Origin: a virus
Lineage: Duplodnaviria > Caudoviricetes
IMG/VR virus record: IMGVR_UViG_3300011335_000034
Location: 1-24,279 of that record
Direction: 5' to 3' (one strand)
DNA length: 24,279 bases
The notes under the pieces are model-generated. The model was not told the origin of the DNA and ran no database searches. It saw nothing but the letters and a program-made list of their open reading frames with translations. The position numbers and the translations under genes were made by a program. Each line of letters opens with the position of its first letter. Within the stretch, counting starts at the first letter, position 1. Below are positions 1-7,271 of the stretch, piece by piece.

Positions 1-36
1 GATGTCACGCCAAAGTTACCCACAGACCAACGGTAA
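1..36 (+). CDS. 3' end of an upstream gene (partial), possibly terminase small subunit
   Basis: Frame 1 reads DVTPKLPTDQR-stop (TAA 34-36). Its position upstream of terL fits terS, but only 11 codons are visible. Confidence 0.3.
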   Translation, partial: DVTPKLPTDQR

Positions 37-103
37 AAGTTATCCACAGAATATGGCCGTTTGTATAAAGATTAAGCAGAAAGGGCCATAACACCCCTAT
101 TTT

Positions 104-131
104 CATTCACATAATGGACACTGTATTAAGT
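104..131 (+). other. dif-like (XerC/XerD) 28-bp site, degenerate
   Basis: CATTCACATAA-TGGACA-CTGTATTAAGT has the 11-6-11 layout and 18/28 identities to E. coli dif GGTGCGCATAATGTATATTATGTTAAAT by hand alignment. Confidence 0.35.
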
Positions 132-176
132 AGCGCGGTTGAACTAAGTAAATCGGTATGGTCAAAAGGTCAATGT

Positions 177-189
177 TATCAATGACTTA
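177..189 (+). promoter_or_regulatory. IHF consensus site
   Basis: TATCAATGACTTA matches WATCAANNNNTTR exactly and lies between DnaA-box-like elements. Confidence 0.5.
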
Positions 190-308
190 CAAAGGTACAC
201 GCATTGTGTCATTGGGGAATCAATGATGCCTAAGTTATGCACAGGGCTGACATCGTTGGTTTGGTGCACGAACTAAGTGACCTTGGTTGCGCTGGCCGTA
301 GCCCGCCG

Positions 309-385
309 CCCGCCGAAGGCGGGGGGTAGGGCCGACGGCGAAGGGCCACAGAAACGGTGGCTTCGCCCACAATTTTTATTTTTTT
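309..385 (+). terminator. Tandem GC-rich hairpins followed by a T-rich run (terminator-like or packaging-site element)
   Basis: CCCGCC-GAA-GGCGGG (309-323); GGCGAAG..CCAC-loop-GTGG-CTTCGCC (337-367); then AATTTTTATTTTTTT (371-385). Confidence 0.45.
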
Positions 386-428
386 ATGCTATAACCGCGT
401 TACGTCTCCCACTACCCACCCACGCACC

Positions 429-1745
429 ATGCCTGATCCAGTACGGAACGCATTTGCCGCGCAGCCTAGCAATAACCTAGCGTACATCGGGCCTACACCA
501 CGCAATCGGTTTATGGGTGGGATTGCTGATTTGCTGGCGCTGGGGTACAAGCTGCCTGATATGCCGCGCATGGGTGTGCCAGGCTTAGACTTTGCGATGG
601 CGAACCGCAATAAGCTGCTGGATATGCTTGGCATTGGTGATGTGCAAAAGACTGCGGAAGCCTTGTCCTATGGGAACAGGGTAGGCACTGGCGCAGGCAT
701 GACGTACCAGCCACTCCCTGAGACACTTGGCGCGGCCATGACAGTTGCGCCTATGGTGGCTCCAGCCGCACGCATGGCGGGTCAGGGCGTGATGGCAACA
801 GGTCGGTTTGTCGCGCCGAAAGCTGGTCAGCTTGCCGAGCAGTACATGGTGCGAACTGGCGGCATCTTGCCCTTGGATGTGTATCACGGCACGCCGCACA
901 CATTGCCACCTACGCCAAGAAATCCGCTAGGCGAGTTTGACGCAAGCAAAATTGGCACAGGTGAAGGCGCACAGTCTTATGGGCATGGTATTTACACGGC
1001 AGAAAATCCTGCGGTTGCGCAAAAGTACAAAGAGCAGCTTGGCGCTCAAATGCAATACAAAGGGCAGCAGTTTTATGATCCAATAGTTGGTAGAAAGACT
1101 GCGACTACTGGCAACACTGAGATTGACGATTATTTGCTTTCCTACCTTGGCGACACTGGCGTTGTTCGCAAAGAGTTACTTAATGCTGCAAAAGAAATGA
1201 GGGCTTCTAAAAACCCTCAAGCATTAAAAGAATATCAAACCTTAATGGCTGAGTTTAGGAAAATAAGGCCAGATGTAACAGCAGCAAACACCGGCAACTT
1301 GTACAAAGTAGACTTGCCAAACGAGAAGATAGCGCAGATGATTGATTACGATAAGCCAATGGCAGAGCAACGTAATGTAATTGAGAAAATGCGTAAAGCA
1401 CTTGTTGGCCCAGACTCACCTTTGTCGCGTTCTGAGCAATTTCAAATCAATGATTACCTAAACGATAACGTTCGCATGAGGAACTTGCATCCTCAATTAG
1501 TTGTGGATTTAAATGACCCAAGAATAGTTGAAAGATTGCGTCAAGTTGGCATTCCTGGCGTTAAATATTTTGATGAAGGATCAAGGGGCGCTGAAGCTGG
1601 CAAACAAACCCGCAACTTTGTTGTGTTCCCTGGCGAAGAGAAGAGCATGACAATCCTTGAGCGCAACGGGCAACCCGCACAAATGTCAGTCGCAGACCAA
1701 ATTGACAACATCAACGAAGTTCTGAAAAATAAGCGCAAGAAATAA
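429..1745 (+). CDS. Protein with a low-complexity N-terminus and an ADP-ribosyltransferase-like (ART-PolyVal/PARP-like H-Y) domain
   Basis: Motifs VYHGTPH, FDASKIGTGEGAQSYGHGIYTAEN, GNLYKVDLP, GIPGVKYFD and TRNFVVF resemble ART-like domains of phage polyvalent proteins. ATG 429 is preferred over 357, which lies in the hairpin/T-run. The stop abuts the terL start. Confidence 0.65.
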   Translation: MPDPVRNAFAAQPSNNLAYIGPTPRNRFMGGIADLLALGYKLPDMPRMGVPGLDFAMANRNKLLDMLGIGDVQKTAEALSYGNRVGTGAGMTYQPLPETLGAAMTVAPMVAPAARMAGQGVMATGRFVAPKAGQLAEQYMVRTGGILPLDVYHGTPHTLPPTPRNPLGEFDASKIGTGEGAQSYGHGIYTAENPAVAQKYKEQLGAQMQYKGQQFYDPIVGRKTATTGNTEIDDYLLSYLGDTGVVRKELLNAAKEMRASKNPQALKEYQTLMAEFRKIRPDVTAANTGNLYKVDLPNEKIAQMIDYDKPMAEQRNVIEKMRKALVGPDSPLSRSEQFQINDYLNDNVRMRNLHPQLVVDLNDPRIVERLRQVGIPGVKYFDEGSRGAEAGKQTRNFVVFPGEEKSMTILERNGQPAQMSVADQIDNINEVLKNKRKK

Positions 1746-3269
1746 ATGCAACTCCCGATTTACAAAGGCGAGGAAGAGCAAAAGCTGATGACGGAACTAT
1801 GGTCACCGGCGATTGCTAATGACCTAGAAGCGTTTGTAAGGTTTGCATTTCCTTGGGGTGTAAAGAACACGCCATTGGAAAGGTTTCAAGGCCCGCGCAA
1901 GTGGCAGCGGGAAGTGCTAAGAGACATCACGGATCACATCAAGAAGCAGCAGGGTCAGATTACCTATGACACCGTGCGGATGGCGGTGTCATCTGGGCGC
2001 GGGATTGGGAAGTCTGCATTGGTTAGCTGGCTGGTGCTGTGGATGCTGACAACACGGATTGGCGGCAGCGTAGTGGTCAGCGCGAACTCTGAGAATCAAT
2101 TGCGTTCTGTCACCTGGGCAGAGTTGACGAAGTGGGCGGCCATGCTGATTAACTCGCACTGGTGGGAGATAAGCGCCACCAAGCTAGTGCCTGCCAACTG
2201 GTTGACGGAACTGGTTGAGCGTGATCTGAAGAAGGGTACGCGCTACTGGGCTTGCGAGGGTAAGCTGTGGTCTGCGGAGAATCCTGATTCGTACGCTGGT
2301 GTCCACAACCAGGACGGGATGATGCTGATCTTTGATGAGAGTAGCGGTATCCCGAATCCTATATGGGAAGTGGGCGCAGGATTCTTCACGGAGAACACGC
2401 CGGACAGGTATTGGTTTGCGTTCTCTAATCCTCGGCGTAACGAGGGTTATTTCTTTGAGTGCTTTAACGCCAAGCGGGATTTCTGGAACACGCGCTGCGT
2501 TGATGCTAGGACGGTGGAGGACACCGACAAGGCGGTGTATGAGCAGATTATTCAAGAGTATGGCGAGGACTCTGCCCAAGCCAAGGTTGAGGTGTATGGC
2601 GAGTTTCCGTCTGCCGGCGAAGATCAGTTTATATCGGGGACACTGGTGGATGATGCCGCCAAGCGCCCGCGTTACAAGGATTCATCCGCGCCTATCGTGA
2701 TGGGGGTTGATCCGGCTAGGGGCGGTGCTGATGCCACTGTGATTGCGGTACGCCAGGGGCGGGATATTGTTGCGATTAAGCGGTATCAGGGCGAGGACAC
2801 CATGACGATTGTTGGTCGCGTTATTGAGGCGATGGAGGAATATAAGCCTGTGATGACGGTGATTGACGAGGGTGGATTGGGCTACGGGATACTGGATAGG
2901 CTCACCGAGCAGCGGTATAAGGTGCGCGGCGTGAACTTTGGTTCCAAGGCAAAACACTCTATTGCGTTTGGCAATAAGCGGGCCGAAATGTGGAACGATA
3001 TGAGGTCGTGGCTAAAATCTGCTAGTATTCCCACAGACAGGCAGCTTAAAGCTGACCTAACTGGGCCTATGAAGAAACCGAATTCGTCGGGGACTATTTT
3101 CCTTGAAGGGAAAAAAGAGATGAGAGCAAGAGGATTGGCTTCACCTGACGCGGCAGACGCGATTGCCGTGACCTTTGCTTTTCCCGTGGCGCATCGGCAG
3201 TACACTGAACCAACCCGCCGCGTGAACTCTCAGGGCAGCGGCGTTAACACTTCTTGGATGGGGGCATAG
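1746..3269 (+). CDS. terL: Terminase large subunit
   Basis: Walker A SSGRGIGKS, Walker B MLIFDE, motif FSNP, nuclease motifs MGVDPARGGAD and SPDAADA; 507 aa; upstream of portal. Confidence 0.95.
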   Translation: MQLPIYKGEEEQKLMTELWSPAIANDLEAFVRFAFPWGVKNTPLERFQGPRKWQREVLRDITDHIKKQQGQITYDTVRMAVSSGRGIGKSALVSWLVLWMLTTRIGGSVVVSANSENQLRSVTWAELTKWAAMLINSHWWEISATKLVPANWLTELVERDLKKGTRYWACEGKLWSAENPDSYAGVHNQDGMMLIFDESSGIPNPIWEVGAGFFTENTPDRYWFAFSNPRRNEGYFFECFNAKRDFWNTRCVDARTVEDTDKAVYEQIIQEYGEDSAQAKVEVYGEFPSAGEDQFISGTLVDDAAKRPRYKDSSAPIVMGVDPARGGADATVIAVRQGRDIVAIKRYQGEDTMTIVGRVIEAMEEYKPVMTVIDEGGLGYGILDRLTEQRYKVRGVNFGSKAKHSIAFGNKRAEMWNDMRSWLKSASIPTDRQLKADLTGPMKKPNSSGTIFLEGKKEMRARGLASPDAADAIAVTFAFPVAHRQYTEPTRRVNSQGSGVNTSWMGA

Positions 3270-3270
3270 T

Positions 3271-3426
3271 ATGGCGACTAAACCAGGGCTTTATGCCAAC
3301 ATTCACGCCAAACAGGCACGTATCGCGGCTGGCTCTAAAGAGAAAATGAATAAGCTTGGCAGCAAAGACGCGCCTACCGCCAAAGACTTCAAAGATTCTG
3401 CCAAGACGGCAAAGAAAGGTAAGTAA
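3271..3426 (+). CDS. Small Lys-rich hypothetical protein (51 aa)
   Basis: Translated by hand as MATKPGLYANIHAKQARIAAGSKEKMNKLGSKDAPTAKDFKDSAKTAKKGK. Starts 1 nt after the terL stop and overlaps the next ORF by TAATG. Confidence 0.8.
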   Translation: MATKPGLYANIHAKQARIAAGSKEKMNKLGSKDAPTAKDFKDSAKTAKKGK

Positions 3427-3575
3427 TGCCTTTAGTCAAATCCAAATCACCCGAGGCTTTTCGTAAGAACGTGAAAGCTGAAGTGGCCGCCGGCAAGCCG
3501 GTGAAGCAGGCGGTTGCGATTGCGTACTCGGTCAAGCGTGAGGCGCAAAAGCCTATGCCAAAAGGTAAGAAATAA
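3426..3575 (+). CDS. Small basic hypothetical protein (49 aa) with KQAVAIAYS motif
   Basis: Translated by hand as MPLVKSKSPEAFRKNVKAEVAAGKPVKQAVAIAYSVKREAQKPMPKGKK. TAATG overlaps at both ends, with an AAAGGT SD-like sequence upstream. Confidence 0.8.
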   Translation: MPLVKSKSPEAFRKNVKAEVAAGKPVKQAVAIAYSVKREAQKPMPKGKK

Positions 3576-5773
3576 TGGCTGATTACACCGGAATTGCCGC
3601 CGCTGGTGCGGTATCCAATGGCGGGTCGGCCAAGGACAAGAGCAGTTCCGACATCTTGGCGACTGCCCGCAGCCGCTTGGATATGGCGATTGGCGCTTTG
3701 TCCGAGTCCCGCGAGGACGAGATTGACGATTTGAAGTTTTACGCCGGTTCGCCTGATAACCATTGGCAGTGGCCTGCCGATGTGCTGGCGACTCGCGGCG
3801 CGGTGCAGGGCCAGACGATTAACGCTCGCCCCTGCTTGACTATCAACAAACTGCCGCAGCACGTCCGGCAAGTGACCAATGACCAACGCCAAAACCGCCC
3901 AAGTGGCAAGGTTATTCCTGCCGATGACAAAGCCGATGTCGCAGTCGCCGAAATCTTCAACGGCATGGTCAGGCACATTGAGTACATCTCGGATGCCGAT
4001 GTCGCTTACGACACCGCCTGCGAAAACCAAGTTAGCTACGGCGAAGGTTACATCCGCGTCCTGACCGAGTATTGCGACGCAGATACGTTTGACCAAGACA
4101 TCAAAATTGGGCGCATCCGTAACAGTTTCAGCGTCTACATGGATCCGACAATCCAAGACCCGTGCGGTGCCGATGCCAAGTGGTGTTTTATCACTGAAGA
4201 CGTGACCAAGGCAGAGTACCAGCGGCTGTACCCTGATTCCGCGCCTATCACGACCTTGCAGTCGCTTGGTGTTGGTGATCAGAATCTGTCGCAGTGGCTT
4301 AACGAGGACACTATTCGGATTGCGGACTACTACTACGTTGACTATGACCGCGCTACGTTGAATCTGTACCCTGGAAATGTTACGGCGTTTGATGATTCAC
4401 CCGAGGACAAGCAATTAAAAGCGTTTTACGGTAAGCCGTTGAAGTCGCGCGAGTCTGACCGGCAGAAAATCAAGTATTGCAAGATCAACGGCTACGAAAT
4501 CCTTGAGGAGCGCGAATGGGCGGGCAAGTACATCCCCGTTGTTCGCATCGTAGGCAACGAATTTGAAGTGGATGGGCGTTTGTATGTGTCGGGTCTGGTG
4601 CGAAATGCCAAAGACGCGCAACGGATGTACAACTATTGGGTGTCCCAAGAGGCAGAAATGCTGGCTTTGGCTCCAAAAGCGCCATTTATTGGCTATGGCG
4701 GCCAGTTTGAGGGTTACGAGAACCAGTGGAAGACTGCAAACACGACCAATTGGCCGTATTTAGAGGTCAATCCAGACGTTACAGACGGTTCTGGCAGCAT
4801 TCTGCCCCTACCACAGCGTGCCCAGCCGCCAATGGCTTCCAGCGGGTTGTTGCAGGCCAAAGCTGGCGCGTCCGAGGACATCAAAGCGTCAACTGGTCAA
4901 TATAACGCCAGTTTGGGCATGACATCCAACGAACGCTCAGGAAGGGCGATTCTTGCGCGTCAACGCGAGGGCGATGTTGGCACTTACCACTACGGCGACA
5001 ACCTAGCGCGTGGCGTGCGACATATCGTGCGCCAGTTGGTTGACCTGATCCCCAAGATTTACGACACCCAGCGGGTGGCGCGAATCATTGGTGAGGACGG
5101 TGAAACCGATATGGTCAAAATTGACCCGATGCAGGCCGAGCCGGTAAAGAAGATTGTGGATCAGCAAGGCATTGTGATCGACAAGATCTACAACCCTAGC
5201 GTCGGCAAATACGACGTTGTGGTGACCACCGGCCCAGGTTACGCCACCAAACGCCAAGAGGCTTTGGAAGCGATGGCAGAACTGTTGCGAGGCAACCCGC
5301 AGCTATGGCAAGTGGCCGGTGACTTGTTTGTGAAGAACATGGATTGGCCTGGTGCCCAAGAGATGTCTAAACGCTTTGCCAAGACGATTGACCCCAAGCT
5401 GATGCAGGACGGCGATAAGCCGCCCGAGTTGCAAGCCGCTGAGCAGCAGATCCAAGCGATGGGCCAAGAGATGGAGCAGATGCACCAGATGATTATCAAC
5501 GCTGGCAAGTCCATTGAGGCGCAGGATATGCACCGCAAAGACTTTGAGGCGCAGGTGAAAGCGTATCAGGCCGAGACTCAACGGATTTCTGCCGTGCAGG
5601 CATCCATGTCGCCCGAGCAGATTCAAGACATAGTGCTGGGCACCGTGCATGGCATGATTACTTCTGGCGACTTGGTTAACGAGATGCCTGGGCGCGATAT
5701 GGATACCGGCCCTGAGATGCCAATGGAAGGCATGGAACAAATGCAACAGCCACAAATGGGAATGCCACAATGA
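3575..5773 (+). CDS. P22-like portal protein
   Basis: 732 aa; DDLKFYAG..QW, RPCLTINKL, GLVRNAKDAQRMYNYW and GKYDVVVTTGPGYATKRQE; C-terminal Q/M-rich helical barrel; follows terL. Confidence 0.93.
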   Translation: MADYTGIAAAGAVSNGGSAKDKSSSDILATARSRLDMAIGALSESREDEIDDLKFYAGSPDNHWQWPADVLATRGAVQGQTINARPCLTINKLPQHVRQVTNDQRQNRPSGKVIPADDKADVAVAEIFNGMVRHIEYISDADVAYDTACENQVSYGEGYIRVLTEYCDADTFDQDIKIGRIRNSFSVYMDPTIQDPCGADAKWCFITEDVTKAEYQRLYPDSAPITTLQSLGVGDQNLSQWLNEDTIRIADYYYVDYDRATLNLYPGNVTAFDDSPEDKQLKAFYGKPLKSRESDRQKIKYCKINGYEILEEREWAGKYIPVVRIVGNEFEVDGRLYVSGLVRNAKDAQRMYNYWVSQEAEMLALAPKAPFIGYGGQFEGYENQWKTANTTNWPYLEVNPDVTDGSGSILPLPQRAQPPMASSGLLQAKAGASEDIKASTGQYNASLGMTSNERSGRAILARQREGDVGTYHYGDNLARGVRHIVRQLVDLIPKIYDTQRVARIIGEDGETDMVKIDPMQAEPVKKIVDQQGIVIDKIYNPSVGKYDVVVTTGPGYATKRQEALEAMAELLRGNPQLWQVAGDLFVKNMDWPGAQEMSKRFAKTIDPKLMQDGDKPPELQAAEQQIQAMGQEMEQMHQMIINAGKSIEAQDMHRKDFEAQVKAYQAETQRISAVQASMSPEQIQDIVLGTVHGMITSGDLVNEMPGRDMDTGPEMPMEGMEQMQQPQMGMPQ

Positions 5774-6138
5774 TGTACAAAGCCGCCGATTTCGTAGGAA
5801 TGCTATTCCTCGCCCGTGATGTGGCGCACAGCGTCCATCTGAACACGCGCAGCTATTCCAAGCACGTTGCGCTAAACACCTTTTACGACGAGATCATTGA
5901 CCACGCCGACGCATTTGCTGAAGCCTACCAAGGCCGCCACGGCTTGATGGGGCCAATCACGCTGCACTCGGCTACCAAGACGGCCAACATCATTGATTTC
6001 CTGCAAGGGCAATTGGATGACATTGAAAAGTGTCGGTATGAGGTGGTGGACAAGTCTGATTCCTCGCTTCAGCAATTGATTGATAACATCATTGAGTTGT
6101 ACCTGTCCACGCTCTATAAACTGAGATTCCTGGCATGA
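5770..6138 (+). CDS. Ferritin/Dps-like four-helix protein (DUF5856-like)
   Basis: AHSVHLNTRSYSKHVALNTFYDEIIDHADAFAEAYQG parallels the Dps H-W-N..F..H..Y..D..AER spacing; C-terminal LYKLRFL; ATGA-coupled to portal. Confidence 0.7.
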   Translation: MMYKAADFVGMLFLARDVAHSVHLNTRSYSKHVALNTFYDEIIDHADAFAEAYQGRHGLMGPITLHSATKTANIIDFLQGQLDDIEKCRYEVVDKSDSSLQQLIDNIIELYLSTLYKLRFLA

Positions 6139-7271
6139 CAATCACCGTAACCCACTCAACTGCGGCTGATTCGTCATTCAGCACGGCTGGCGCGACTGCT
6201 TGGAACGCAGACCATTCGTTTGCTGGCATTTTGGATGTTGCTAACGGCGGCACCGGAACGGCCACACCGGCGTTGGTTGCTGGCACAAACGTCACCATTA
6301 GCGGCACCTGGCCCAATCAAACAATTAACTCATCGGGCGGCGGCGGTGGGTCTGGCACGGTTACTAGCGTAGCGGCCAGCGTACCGGCGTTTTTGTCGGT
6401 AACTGGAAGCCCAATTACGACTAGCGGGACGCTTGCAATTAGCTATTCTGGCACTGCATTGCCTATCGCCAACGGTGGAACAGCGCTTACTACTACGCCT
6501 ACCAACGGGCAATTGCTTATCGGTAATGGAACAGGGTATACCCTAGCTGCGATAACTGCTGGCTCCAACATCACCATTACCAATGGCGCAGGCTCTATAA
6601 GCATCGCAGGCAATGCGGGAACAGTCACCAGCGTTGGTTTTACAGGCGGCTTGCTGTCTATTGCCACTGCTACATCAACTCCTGCCATTACCGTTGCGGG
6701 CACATCCGGCGGCATCCCGTACTTTTCAAGCGGAAGCACTTGGGCGACATCGGCTGCACTAGCCGCAAACGCTTTGGTGCTTGGTGGAGGCGCTGGGGCA
6801 GCGCCAGCTACAACTACTACCGGCACAGGCGTTGTGACCGCGCTAGGCGTGAATACAGGTTCTTCTGGTGCATTTATGGTGCAAGGCAGCGCCATCATCT
6901 CAACCTCTACGGTAAACGACAGCGCAGGCACTGGCTACACCATTGGCTACCGCCAGATGCCACAAAACAGCCAAACAGGTGCGACCTACACCTTGGTGCT
7001 GGCAGACGATGGCAAGCACATTTATTTGAACACTGGGTCAACTAACACAATTACTGTGCCAACCAACGCATCCGTAGCTTTCCCAATTGGGACTGTGGTG
7101 ACGGTGGTGAACGGCAACAGCGGCGTTTGCACCATCAGCGGCCCCACTACCGGGTTGCAGCTTGCCAACGGCGCTGCGGCAACCACTCGGTCAGTAGCAA
7201 CCAAAGGTATGGCGACCATGATTAAAGTGGCTACCGACCTTTGGTATGTATCTGGCGCGGGAGTTACCTGA
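6135..7271 (+). CDS. Fibre-like structural protein (Thr/Gly/Ala-rich)
   Basis: N-terminal WNADH motif, repeated ANGGT and GTVTSV fibre units, and a C-terminal YTLVLADDGK..TITVPTNASVAFPIGT..WYVSG domain. Confidence 0.75.
   Translation: MTITVTHSTAADSSFSTAGATAWNADHSFAGILDVANGGTGTATPALVAGTNVTISGTWPNQTINSSGGGGGSGTVTSVAASVPAFLSVTGSPITTSGTLAISYSGTALPIANGGTALTTTPTNGQLLIGNGTGYTLAAITAGSNITITNGAGSISIAGNAGTVTSVGFTGGLLSIATATSTPAITVAGTSGGIPYFSSGSTWATSAALAANALVLGGGAGAAPATTTTGTGVVTALGVNTGSSGAFMVQGSAIISTSTVNDSAGTGYTIGYRQMPQNSQTGATYTLVLADDGKHIYLNTGSTNTITVPTNASVAFPIGTVVTVVNGNSGVCTISGPTTGLQLANGAAATTRSVATKGMATMIKVATDLWYVSGAGVT

Larger units (their letters stand above)
16..243. promoter_or_regulatory. Cluster of DnaA-box-like 9-mers
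   Basis: TTATCCACA 40-48 (perfect box), TTATGCACA 235-243 (fits TTATNCACA), TTACCCACA 16-24 (1 mismatch), TTATACAAA on the - strand 60-68, and TCATTCACA 103-111 (the E. coli oriC R5/M sequence). Confidence 0.6.

Noticed and set aside
357-428. Longer start for the first ORF (also starts 7241, 13415 and 14148 in the track)
   Set aside because: These extensions run through hairpin/T-rich DNA or overlap upstream genes. ATGs at 429, 7271, 13463 and 14187 fit the gene packing better.
277-480. 67-aa + strand ORF across the GC hairpins
   Set aside because: GTG start without a clear SD, it crosses the hairpin and T-run, overlaps the 429 start in another frame, and the translation shows no recognisable motif.
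3389-4156. 255-aa minus-strand ORF and other long antisense ORFs (e.g. 13399-14094, 11648-12175, 6443-6931)
   Set aside because: They overlap well-supported + strand genes, have no recognisable motifs, and are expected from codon bias in Gly/Ala/Thr-rich genes.
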